From positions 2,356,615 to 2,420,614 of the forward strand of contig CBDCSX010000002.1 of the NCBI GenBank assembly GCA_965221895.1: a stretch of 64,000 nt of DNA, read 5' to 3'. Source of the stretch: Dehalococcoidia bacterium (GTDB taxonomy: Bacteria > Chloroflexota > Dehalococcoidia > Lucifugimonadales > GCA-2712585). The translations under genes were made by a program, and so were the position numbers. Below the pieces are notes generated by a model, which saw only the letters and a list, made by a program, of their open reading frames with translations, searched no databases and was not told the DNA's origin. This document shows, piece after piece, positions 56,299-64,000 of this stretch; the first letter of the stretch is position 1, and each line of letters begins with the position of its first letter.

Positions 56299-56341
56299 TG
56301 TCACTTCGCCTTTGTTGGCGTTGATGAATTGGATTGAAAGA
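56299..56341 (+). repeat. 43-bp imperfect direct repeat, copy B
   Basis: See copy A. This copy lies upstream of the lipoprotein gene, whose ATG I place at 56461 (it ends 12 nt before the track ORF start at 56353). Confidence 0.8.
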
Positions 56342-56460
56342 CGCGGATTCCTATGGCTCGCTGCTGCTGTGGATGGGGAAAGAAAAAAGATTTGGTAGAA
56401 TTGCAAGCCGATGGTAGGAAAATTTTGAATCCCCTGGTGGTGCTTATGCGTAATCTACAT

Positions 56461-57426
56461 ATGAAATACGCAGCTTTATTGACATTTGCAGCCGTCGTTG
56501 TCGCGGGTCTTCTGGCCGGTTGCGGCGCCGACGAGTCGACGCCAGCCCCGACGGCCACGCAGACCCCAACGCCCGAAATGACGGCGTCCACACCCGCAGC
56601 GACCATTGCGACGCCGGAGGTCGAGACGGATTGGGACGGCATTTTGGGCACCACGGTCTTGCGTCCGGGTAGCCAGCGAGTGGCCTTCCTGCTAGTGGGG
56701 GCAAAGGCTCTGGTCACTGTGCCGGAGGTGGAAATAGCTACCTTCTTTGTCGGAGAGGACGGCTCTGCAGATGGGCCTCACGAGGTGATTAAGGCGGATT
56801 TTAACCTCTGGCCCTACGGCACCCGCGGCAGCTACACCACGGACCTGTCTTTCGATAGGACGGGCTTGTGGAAGCTGGAGATAGTCGGCCAGGAAGAAGG
56901 GGCAGACCGGAGGGCGGTAATGGAAGTGGAAGTCACGGACGGGTTCGAGGTGGTGGACGTGGGGCAGAAGGCCCCCGCCAGCATGAACAGGACGGTGGGC
57001 GATGGAGCGCCGCTGGAGGAGTTGTCCTCCGCTCACGAGGCAGACCCGGAACTGTACTCCACCAGAATCGCCGACGCTCTGGAGCAGGGCCTTCCAACGA
57101 TGGTCGTATTCTCCACGCCGTCATTCTGCACCTCGGCAACTTGCGGGCCCCAGGTGGAGACGGTCAGCGAGGTCCGCCGCAAATTCGAGGGGCAGGCAAG
57201 CTTCATTCACGTTGAGGTCTACGAGAATCCCCACGAGGTGGAGGGAGACCTGACCCGCGCGCGAACTTCGCCCATCATGGACGAGTGGGGCCTGACCAGC
57301 GTCCCGGAGTGGACCAACGAATCGTGGGTGTTCCTGGTGGACGAGACTGGTGTTGTACGCTCAAGGTTTGAGGCGTACACCTCCGCCGATGAGTTGGAGG
57401 CGGCTCTGGAGGACGTTCTGAGCTAG
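56461..57426 (+). CDS. Lipoprotein with C-terminal thioredoxin-like fold (FCTSATCGP motif)
   Basis: MKYAALLTFAAVVVAGLLAGCGADE is a lipoprotein signal peptide with an LAGC lipobox. A T/P-rich linker follows. TMVVFSTPSFCTSATCGPQ resembles a TlpA/SCO-like redox motif. Start moved to ATG 56461. Confidence 0.7.
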   Translation: MKYAALLTFAAVVVAGLLAGCGADESTPAPTATQTPTPEMTASTPAATIATPEVETDWDGILGTTVLRPGSQRVAFLLVGAKALVTVPEVEIATFFVGEDGSADGPHEVIKADFNLWPYGTRGSYTTDLSFDRTGLWKLEIVGQEEGADRRAVMEVEVTDGFEVVDVGQKAPASMNRTVGDGAPLEELSSAHEADPELYSTRIADALEQGLPTMVVFSTPSFCTSATCGPQVETVSEVRRKFEGQASFIHVEVYENPHEVEGDLTRARTSPIMDEWGLTSVPEWTNESWVFLVDETGVVRSRFEAYTSADELEAALEDVLS

Positions 57427-57515
57427 GGCCCTAGCTCCGGGAACAATTCGCGCTCTTGAGGTTCGCCCCCCTTCGGTAGTACCCTCGCCACAACACTGCT
57501 AAGTAAGAGGGTACA

Positions 57516-58571
57516 ATGCAGAAGGTTCGTCTTTGGGAAGTAATCGATGAGAAGACTTTGCGGATAGTTCCGGGCAGCCAGATAGCCTTCGAAGAACGTT
57601 TGGAGGGCTGGCTCGCCAGGGATATCTCTGTATTGGACTCAAGTCTGTTGGTGATTGGTAGGCAGGTCCGCACTGACTTTGGAGGCTACATAGACCTTTT
57701 GTGTTTGGACAATCTTGGAAATACGGTAGTAGTCGAACTAAAGAGAGGCCAAACGCCAAGGGATACGGTTGCCCAGGCATTGGAATATGCATCGTGGGTT
57801 AAGCACCTTTCCCCCGAAAACATTACGGTAATTGCAGATGAATATCTTAAAGGAATAGGCTCATGTCCACTTAAGGAAGCCTTTAAGGAAAGGTTTGGTG
57901 TGGAAGTGCCGGACGAGCTCAACCGAGAGCATCGCAGCCTGATAATGGCGGAATCCATCGACGACCGTACCGATCGAATAGTGCGATATCTGGATGATAT
58001 GGATGTGCCAATCAACGTGGTCACCGTGCAGCATTTTCAAGGCAGCAACGGCAGGCGTCTTCTCGCGCGGGTATTCCTGGTAGAACCCGTAAAGAATGAA
58101 GCGAAATCACGCTCCACATCCAGAAGGGGTCCGCGACAAACTATCCCCGGCCTTCAGGCGATGGCAGCAGAGAATGGAATTGGCGAATTGTACGATCTAG
58201 TGAGGGAGGGAGTCCGCGGTGTCCTGCGAGCCTATCCATATACGGACAGGGTGTTTTATCAGTTGGAGCGGAAAGACGGTAGCCTTCGTACGGTGTTGAT
58301 TGTTGGCGCTACCCCGCATGAAGAGCACGGCGGCTTAGGATTCACAATACATGTAACTCGCTTGGAGAATCAGTGGGGCGTCGATAAGGAGACGGTGCAA
58401 GAATGGCTTCCTTCAAATTCCCGAGAGCTAAAACTCTCGGGTTGGTCGGGAAGCTCTGAGGAAGAAAAAAGGAACGCTGTGGGATTTAATGGGGCATTCC
58501 AAAATGAAGGCGAGGTGGACAAGTTCCTAGACGGTCTCAAGTCCGCCTTCGAGGCCAGTACCCGAACCTAA
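57516..58571 (+). CDS. PD-(D/E)XK nuclease-family protein (NucS/DUF91-like core)
   Basis: GYIDLLCLDNLGNTVVVELKRGQTPRDTVAQALEYASWV shows the D...E-x-K core, followed by the Q..Y helix typical of NucS-like domains. Confidence 0.6.
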   Translation: MQKVRLWEVIDEKTLRIVPGSQIAFEERLEGWLARDISVLDSSLLVIGRQVRTDFGGYIDLLCLDNLGNTVVVELKRGQTPRDTVAQALEYASWVKHLSPENITVIADEYLKGIGSCPLKEAFKERFGVEVPDELNREHRSLIMAESIDDRTDRIVRYLDDMDVPINVVTVQHFQGSNGRRLLARVFLVEPVKNEAKSRSTSRRGPRQTIPGLQAMAAENGIGELYDLVREGVRGVLRAYPYTDRVFYQLERKDGSLRTVLIVGATPHEEHGGLGFTIHVTRLENQWGVDKETVQEWLPSNSRELKLSGWSGSSEEEKRNAVGFNGAFQNEGEVDKFLDGLKSAFEASTRT

Positions 58572-58624
58572 CGCATAAACCTGTGGCTAAAGACAAGAAG
58601 GGCAAGTAGGCGTATAGTTGTTCT

Positions 58625-58697
58625 GCCCCTGTAGCTCAATGGATAGAGCACTACTTTGCCAAGGTAGAGCATGCGGGTTCGAATCCCGTCAGGGGTG
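58625..58697 (+). tRNA. tRNA-Gly (anticodon GCC)
   Basis: GCCCCTG TA GCTC AATGGATA GAGC A CTACT TTGCCAA GGTAG AGCAT GCGGG TTCGAAT CCCGT CAGGGGT G. This is a 73-nt cloverleaf with the canonical GTTCGAATC T-loop. Pair 1-72 is G-U, and CCA is not encoded. Confidence 0.85.
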
Positions 58698-58933
58698 TAA
58701 TTGCAAGCATTGACAGTGTACCACGGGTTGCATAGACTATAGACACCTTGGCGAAGTAGTGTTCGGTCAACAGCCGTTGGCTAACTCGGAAACGTCCCGC
58801 TCGACGAAAGTCAAATAGGGCGGGATTTTTCTTTTGATCCGGAATCAGCCTTTCGTAAGTGAGCCGCTTTCCGAGGGTTCCTTTGGCTTGGCTATGAGCC
58901 TTTCCGCAGTTAATTATAGTATTCCCAAAGCTT

Positions 58934-58965
58934 AGGGGCGGGACGAATCCAATCGTCCCGCCCCT
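58934..58965 (-). terminator. Perfect 13-bp GC-rich hairpin downstream of the amidohydrolase gene
   Basis: AGGGGCGGGACGA, loop atccaa, TCGTCCCGCCCCT. It lies 22 nt past the stop at 58988. Only a weak T tract (CTTT) follows on the minus strand. Confidence 0.5.
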
Positions 58966-58987
58966 AATTCGTTAACGCAACTCGGGC

Positions 58988-60142
58988 CTAGCTGCCGTTG
59001 AAGCCCTTCAGCAGGCGGGGGCCGTAGAGACGGATGGAGTTGTCCCACATGATCTTTCGTTTTGACTCGTCGGAGATGGGTTGGGCCATCATGTTGGGCA
59101 CCGGTTCCCACGGGTCGGGAGCGTCGGCGTGGGGATAGTCGGTGTTGAAGACGATGTTCTCGTCCCCCACGTGCTCGATGCAGAACTTGATGCCCGGCTC
59201 GTCGGCGTCGCAGGCGATGAAGCACTGTCGGTCGAAATACTCGTAGGGCGTGGCCTTTAAGGGTTCGGCGTCGAAAGTCACGGCCTGCCGTCCGTCGCTG
59301 CAATTCTCCAGTCGGCTCAACCAGAAGGGCAGCCAGCCGCAGTTGGCCTCCAGGATGGACAGCTTCATCTTGGGGTAGCGGTCCAGGATTCCGGAGAGCA
59401 TGAAGTGGGCGACGCCAATCATGTTCTCCATGGGGAAGTTGATGGCGTGGTGGATGGCCTCGAAGGGGCCGCCCATGCCGTTGTACCGGTCGTAGGTGGC
59501 GGGCTCGCCCGTCTTGGTCTCGTTGCCGTGCAGTGAGAGGGGCGCGTCGAGCTCTGTAGCTACCTCCCAGACCGGGTCGAATTCCGGGGTGTGCCACCAG
59601 TGGCCCACGGCGGGGGTGGACATGATGAAGGACACGGCGCCCAGTTCTTCCACGGAGCGGCGCGCTTCCACGGCGACTTCTGTGGCGTCGCCGCCGGGCA
59701 CGACTGAGACGAATTTGACCCTGTCGGGGGATTCGCCGCAGTAGTCGCGGGCCCAGTTGTTGTAGGCGCGGACCACCGCAGACCCCAGCTTGACGTCAGT
59801 GCGGGACATCTGCGCCCCCACGTGGCCGGCGGTGGGCAGGCAAACCTGAATGTCCCAACCGTATTTGTCCATGTCGTTGATGCGGCTCTCGCAGTTCCAC
59901 CAGGAGCGGTAGGCGTCCCCGTACTTCTCCTCCTGGCTGGCGTAGCGCTTGGTGGTGGCGGAGGTAATTTTCGACTTGTGGAAGAATACACCGTCTACCT
60001 CGAAGTCCATGCGGGATCGTCCGAAGATTTCGCGGACCCTGGGGCGGCGGTCGTAGAATGCCGGCTCCACGTACCGGTCCCAGATATCTCTCGGCTCGTA
60101 GAAATGGCCATCGGCGTCGATAACTCTGTAACCTTCGTACAT
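58988..60142 (-). CDS. Amidohydrolase-2 family metal-dependent hydrolase (paralogue of 47725..48858)
   Basis: MYEGYRVIDADGHFYEPRDIW, YNNWARDYC, FNTDYPHADAPDPW. ATG 60142 is preceded by AGGAGG. Confidence 0.8.
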   Translation of the reverse strand: MYEGYRVIDADGHFYEPRDIWDRYVEPAFYDRRPRVREIFGRSRMDFEVDGVFFHKSKITSATTKRYASQEEKYGDAYRSWWNCESRINDMDKYGWDIQVCLPTAGHVGAQMSRTDVKLGSAVVRAYNNWARDYCGESPDRVKFVSVVPGGDATEVAVEARRSVEELGAVSFIMSTPAVGHWWHTPEFDPVWEVATELDAPLSLHGNETKTGEPATYDRYNGMGGPFEAIHHAINFPMENMIGVAHFMLSGILDRYPKMKLSILEANCGWLPFWLSRLENCSDGRQAVTFDAEPLKATPYEYFDRQCFIACDADEPGIKFCIEHVGDENIVFNTDYPHADAPDPWEPVPNMMAQPISDESKRKIMWDNSIRLYGPRLLKGFNGS

Positions 60143-60376
60143 GGGGGCCTCCTTGCGGGAAGTTGTGGATATTGCATTTGTACCAACGGGGTGGGAAACA
60201 GTCAAGGGGTTTCGTTAGCGACATCGGCTTCTTGCGGCGAATCGAACGTTTTGCATAGCCGACGAGGGTTGAATGAAGAAAAGGGAAAGAAAAATGATTC
60301 TGTTGTTACCGAATTGGGCTAGTGCTATGCTTGCGGCGCAGACGGATGGTAAAGTCCTACCGAAAGGGAAATAAAA

Positions 60377-61270
60377 ATGGCTGAAAAGCGGATTCTGTGC
60401 GCCTACGGGGTGCATGTGGACGCGGTGGCAGGGTGGTTGGGTTCCTACGGGGGCGAGGACTCGCCGGGCGACATCTCCAGAGGCGTCTTTGCCGGAGAAG
60501 TGGGCACACCGCGCCTTTTGAAGCTCTTTGATCGGCTGGGCATCAAGACTTCCTGGTTCATCCCGGGGCATTCCATCGAGTCCTTCCCCACGGAAACGCG
60601 CATGGTGGCGGAGGCGGGTCACGAAATTGGCATCCACGGCTATTCCCACGAGAACCCCATCGCCTTGACCCGGGAGCAGGAAGAAGCGGTGCTTGTTCGA
60701 TGCATCGAGCTCGTGGAAGAATTTTGGGGGAGAAAACCCTGCGGATACGTCGCGCCCTGGTGGGAGTTCAGCCACGCAACGGCGGAGCTGCTGCTGAAGC
60801 ACGGCATCCTGTACGACAATAGCTTGATGCACCGGGATTTCGAGTGCTACTACGTGCGGGTTGGGGATAGGTGGACGAAGATCGACTTTTCCAAGCCGGC
60901 CCATACCTGGATGACCCGCCTGGAGCGTGGCCAAGAGACGGACCTCATAGAGATTCCCGCCAGCTGGTATCTGGACGATCTGCCTCCGATGATGTTCATC
61001 AAGGCGTCGCCCAACAGCCACGGATTCGTCAACCCGCGGGACATCGAAGAGTTGTGGCGGGACCAGTTCGACTACGTGTACCGGGAGTACGACGAGGCCG
61101 TGTTTCCCATCACCATCCACCCGGACGTGGCGGGCCGCCCCCAGGTGATTCTTATGCTGGAAAGGCTGACCTCGTATATCATGAGCCACCCCGGAGTTAG
61201 CTTCTGCACCTTTGAGGAGATGGCAAAGGACTTCGCCGCCCGTCATCCGAGGCGGAAGACACCAGGATAA
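60377..61270 (+). CDS. Polysaccharide deacetylase (NodB-homology, PuuE-like) family protein
   Basis: [28 protein letters not shown]...[14 protein letters not shown]...[14 protein letters not shown]. Confidence 0.75.
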   Translation: MAEKRILCAYGVHVDAVAGWLGSYGGEDSPGDISRGVFAGEVGTPRLLKLFDRLGIKTSWFIPGHSIESFPTETRMVAEAGHEIGIHGYSHENPIALTREQEEAVLVRCIELVEEFWGRKPCGYVAPWWEFSHATAELLLKHGILYDNSLMHRDFECYYVRVGDRWTKIDFSKPAHTWMTRLERGQETDLIEIPASWYLDDLPPMMFIKASPNSHGFVNPRDIEELWRDQFDYVYREYDEAVFPITIHPDVAGRPQVILMLERLTSYIMSHPGVSFCTFEEMAKDFAARHPRRKTPG

Positions 61271-61323
61271 CCGGAGGCTGATAGTTAGAAGAGTAAACAG
61301 ACCAATAGGGGGAATAAAGAGAA

Positions 61324-62361
61324 ATGACGCAGACCGCAAGTATCGAGACGCTATCGAATATCGCCAGGGCGCTGGTGGCGCCGGGCAAGGGCATCTTGGC
61401 GGCGGACGAAAGTACCGGCACCATCAAGCGCAGGTTCGACAGCATCGGCGCTGAGAGCACCGAGACGAACCGTCGCGATTACCGCGAGATGCTGTTTCGC
61501 ACTCCAGGTGTTTCCGAGTTCGTCAGCGGAGTTATTCTGTACGACGAGACCATTCGGCAAAAAAGCGACGACGGTACGCCCATTGTGAAGGTCCTATCGG
61601 ATGCGGGCATGATGCCGGGCATCAAGGTGGACACGGGGGCCAAGGATCTGGCGGGCGCACCCGGTGAAAGCGTCACCGAGGGGTTGGACGGCCTGCGGGA
61701 GCGGCTGGCGGAGTACGCGGTGTTGGGCGCACGGTTCACTAAATGGCGTGCGGTCATCACCATCGGGCCGGGCATGCCCAGCGCCTACTGCCTGGACGTA
61801 AACGCCCACGCGCTGGCCCGCTTTGCCGCGCTGACTCAGGAGGCGGGGATGGTCCCGATGGTGGAACCGGAAGTGCTTATGGACGGAGGTCACAACATCG
61901 ACCAGTGCTACGACGCCACCGAAGCGGCATTGGCGGAGATGTTCCACCAGTTGCGGGGTCAAGGTGTTGCGATGGACGGCATCCTGCTAAAGGTCAACAT
62001 GGTGCTTTCAGGTGCGTCCGCAGAGGGTCGCGCCGGGCGTGAGGAAGTGGCTGAGATGACGGTGCAATGTCTGAAGAGCACAGTGCCCGCGACTGTGCCG
62101 GGCATCGTCTTCCTCTCCGGTGGTCAGGGCGACGACGAGTCGACAACGAACCTGGACGCGATAAACGGGTACGCTCAGCGCGTCGGCGCGCCGTGGGAGT
62201 TGAGCTTCTCCTACGGCCGAGGCCTTCAGGGCGCGCCCCTACGGACATGGTCAGGCAACAACGAAAACCGGGCGGAAGTGCAGCGCGTCTTCCACCACCG
62301 CGCGAGGGTGACGGCGGCGGCGCGGCAGGGGCGGTATGACGTGGGGATGGAGGCGGGGTAG
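61324..62361 (+). CDS. fba: Class I fructose-bisphosphate aldolase
   Basis: LVAPGKGILAADESTGTIKRRF, PGIKVDTG, LLKVNMV (Schiff-base Lys region), LSGGQ, SFSYGRGLQ. Confidence 0.9.
   Translation: MTQTASIETLSNIARALVAPGKGILAADESTGTIKRRFDSIGAESTETNRRDYREMLFRTPGVSEFVSGVILYDETIRQKSDDGTPIVKVLSDAGMMPGIKVDTGAKDLAGAPGESVTEGLDGLRERLAEYAVLGARFTKWRAVITIGPGMPSAYCLDVNAHALARFAALTQEAGMVPMVEPEVLMDGGHNIDQCYDATEAALAEMFHQLRGQGVAMDGILLKVNMVLSGASAEGRAGREEVAEMTVQCLKSTVPATVPGIVFLSGGQGDDESTTNLDAINGYAQRVGAPWELSFSYGRGLQGAPLRTWSGNNENRAEVQRVFHHRARVTAAARQGRYDVGMEAG
62325..62352 (+). repeat. 28-nt direct repeat, copy 1 (inside the 3' end of fba)
   Basis: GCAGGGGCGGTATGACGTGGGGATGGAG is identical to 63042-63069. The similarity continues imperfectly for about 12 more nt (GGGGTAGG is shared). 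Confidence 0.95.
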
Positions 62362-62483
62362 GCCGGTTGGGTTTACTGGATGACTAATGCATCCCCACTT
62401 GCTTGTCAACGGTGTAGATCGGTACTATCCTTTAGCAAATATGCTCGCAAGCCAGCCATAGGAGAAACGCGGGAGGAGAGGCT

Positions 62484-62780
62484 ATGCCCCCAGCAAAGCG
62501 ACACTTTACGCTAAATACGAAAGTGGAAAAACATGATGAGGTCTACGTCGGCTACTGCGTTGAATTAGGCACCGTCACCCAAGGAGATTCTCTGGAGGAA
62601 GTCTGCGAGAATCTAAAGGATGCCATCTACGTTCACCTATCCGTACTCGACGAAATCGGAGAACGCGAGCGAGTCTTTCGCGAAAAAGGTATCGTCATGC
62701 TTCCAGCAATCGATGATACTGTCGAATTCGCCGCCGCTGTTTCAGAGAAGACCGAGACTCCCATATTCGTATATGCCTAG
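62484..62780 (+). CDS. hicB: HicB-like antitoxin (second module)
   Basis: KHDEVYVGYCVELGTVTQGDSLEEVCENLKDAIYVHLSVLDEIG has the same fold pattern as 46595..46903. Confidence 0.65.
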   Translation: MPPAKRHFTLNTKVEKHDEVYVGYCVELGTVTQGDSLEEVCENLKDAIYVHLSVLDEIGERERVFREKGIVMLPAIDDTVEFAAAVSEKTETPIFVYA

Positions 62781-63024
62781 AATACCTGCGAGCAATTTGC
62801 CGCTATTGTCCAGCAGGAAGTTGCTCGCCGTTTTGAAGAGAATAGGGTGTTTGGAGCACAAGCGGAGAGGTGGGTCTCACTTGGGAATTTCAAGACGGAT
62901 TTCTGAAGGAAGAATTCTTACAACCACATTGGTACTGAGCAAAAGAGAAATACACAGGGTCGCTCTCAGCAGGATGTTAAGGTCCTTGGGAATTGACCTT
63001 GACACTTTCAGAAAACATCTCTAA
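62773..63024 (+). CDS. hicA: HicA-family toxin (second module)
   Basis: MPRIPASNLPLLSSRKLLAVLKRIGCLEHKRRGGSHLGISRR... ATG 62773 overlaps the hicB stop by 8 nt. The track ORF 62620..63024 starts too early. Confidence 0.65.
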   Translation: MPRIPASNLPLLSSRKLLAVLKRIGCLEHKRRGGSHLGISRRISEGRILTTTLVLSKREIHRVALSRMLRSLGIDLDTFRKHL

Positions 63025-63041
63025 TACCCACAGTAACCTCC

Positions 63042-63069
63042 GCAGGGGCGGTATGACGTGGGGATGGAG
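63042..63069 (+). repeat. 28-nt direct repeat, copy 2
   Basis: Identical to 62325-62352. Read in the fba frame it would end ...GRYDVGME followed by TAA. Confidence 0.95.
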
Positions 63070-63094
63070 TAAGGGGGTAGGGCTGAGGAGCAGG

Positions 63095-64000
63095 TTAAGC
63101 CTCTGAGCGATTGATGATTAGAGATTCTTTTGCGTAACCCAAACGCTCAACTATCTTTCTGCAGCGATCTTCGAGTGATTTTGCGTTACCGTGGACAGAA
63201 ACGGCGACATCAGACTCTCCAATCTGCTCGTGCCCGTTCTTCATTTCACCTACTGGAGAGATCCATGCTTGGCCGATGCTCAAGACACTTTTGCTGAAGG
63301 AATCAGGATGATGGTCATAAAGTATTGCGCAAACCTTACGAAGAAGGTCAGCCCAGTTCTGAACAAGCTCAGAATTCCCCATACCCTCAAAGGTGAAAGA
63401 TGTTGGTTTCTGAGATGGTGAACGAGGTGGCGTTACTGCAACCTCGTTGAACAAAGAGTAATGGTTTTGTTTAAGAAAAGCCTGAACAAGTCCTTCTTCT
63501 GCTTCAATGCCTTGGCTATGAGCAAAGTGCAAGACTAGTCGCCTTTGTTCTCCATGACTATTGGCACTGGCTAGCCTGTCCCAAGCTCTATGTAACCTTG
63601 TCCAGATGTCTCTTCTTTTTTCGAAATCCTTGTGGCGTTTGCGCGCTGCTTTAAGTGTCTTCTCGGTGGGTTCACCCGGTCTGACGTTATTGCGGGATAG
63701 GAAGTCCATAAAGTAATTTTGCACCCAGGTCTTGTCGCGATTGACTATGTCTATCTCAGGATCCATTTGTCTGAGTTTATGGTTGTTTTTTTCGGGGGCG
63801 ACATAGAATCGCCAAATGCGACCGTTTGTCAGAATAGCAAGACGTGGCACGTCGCAATTCGCGGCCATCTGCTCGTCCTTTAGTGCGGTCAGGCAGTATC
63901 CGTGCAGCTGATTTCTATTGTTGTCAGTCAGAGGTTTGTCCCACTCCTTTGCCTCCAAGAAAATCCGACTCTTGCCATCTATTTTGAGAGAATAGTCAAC
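63095..64000 (-). CDS. PD-(D/E)XK nuclease-like protein with HsdR-N-terminal-type core, 5' partial (continues past the window end)
   Basis: The frame stays open from 63958 to 64000, adding VDYSLKIDGKSRIFLEAKEWDKPL. It carries a D...E-A-K motif, followed by Q..GY and LAILTNGRIWRFY, as in type I restriction R-subunit N-terminal-like domains. The region is AT-richer. Confidence 0.6.
   Translation of the reverse strand, partial: VDYSLKIDGKSRIFLEAKEWDKPLTDNNRNQLHGYCLTALKDEQMAANCDVPRLAILTNGRIWRFYVAPEKNNHKLRQMDPEIDIVNRDKTWVQNYFMDFLSRNNVRPGEPTEKTLKAARKRHKDFEKRRDIWTRLHRAWDRLASANSHGEQRRLVLHFAHSQGIEAEEGLVQAFLKQNHYSLFNEVAVTPPRSPSQKPTSFTFEGMGNSELVQNWADLLRKVCAILYDHHPDSFSKSVLSIGQAWISPVGEMKNGHEQIGESDVAVSVHGNAKSLEDRCRKIVERLGYAKESLIINRSEA

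Noticed and set aside
55290-56337. Small ORFs in the AT-rich leuA-upstream region: 55290..55508, 55489..55674, 55532..55720, 55717..56034(-), 56009..56290(-), 56047..56337.
   Set aside because: They have no motifs or RBS support and overlap each other. 56009..56290(-) simply reads through the tRNA-like sequence (…CEFESRQG…).
58795-58835. A possible plus-strand terminator after tRNA-Gly: TCCCGC...GCGGGA followed by TTTTTCTTTT.
   Set aside because: The stem is only 6 bp and the loop is about 19 nt. The T-tract is good, but the hairpin is too weak to call with confidence without folding energies.
60215-61339. 374-aa ORF on the minus strand.
   Set aside because: It is fully antisense to the polysaccharide deacetylase-like gene (60377..61270), which has clear NodB-type motifs. 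The antisense translation is low-complexity.

Overview
This is a high-GC bacterial chromosomal window. Gene content and style suggest a Chloroflexota-like organism, but that is inference only.

**Surface-protein locus (nt 1-24253).** Three same-strand genes sit in a row:
- A 5'-truncated giant gene, more than 4100 codons.
- A 3389-codon giant gene.
- A 494-codon membrane-anchored protein with three tandem domains.

Both giants combine four building blocks:
- Calcium-loop (EF-hand/dockerin-like) segments.
- GLUG-type beta-solenoid repeats.
- Cadherin-like repeats.
- FN3 repeats.

They also contain very recent internal tandem duplications and a block shared between the two genes.

**Housekeeping region (the remaining ~40 kb).**
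- argF, der-plsY-gpsA, prmA-dnaJ-hrcA, bioY and rarA.
- trpA-aroH-DAHP synthase.
- leuA/C/D/B.
- A class I aldolase, a beta-carbonic anhydrase and a large BNR/Asp-box protein.

**Small, visibly AT-richer inserts punctuate that region.**
- An IS5-family element just upstream of argF.
- Two hicB-hicA modules. One is bracketed by a 28-nt duplication of the aldolase 3' end.
- A two-gene islet: a protein with a C-terminal nucleoside 2-deoxyribosyltransferase/TIR-like domain plus an AbrB-family protein.
- Three solitary PD-(D/E)XK-type nuclease-like genes. One interrupts the leu operon.
- An inverted pair of tRNA-Gly(GCC)-like genes with associated direct repeats.

**Best candidates for something undescribed.**
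- The giant-adhesin plus anchored triple-domain protein locus, which may work as a dockerin-like anchoring system.
- The NDT-like/AbrB pair, a candidate toxin-antitoxin or abortive-infection module.
- The direct-repeat-bounded hicBA cassette at the aldolase 3' end.

**Limits.** All functional calls rest on motifs read by eye in the translations. No searches were run.
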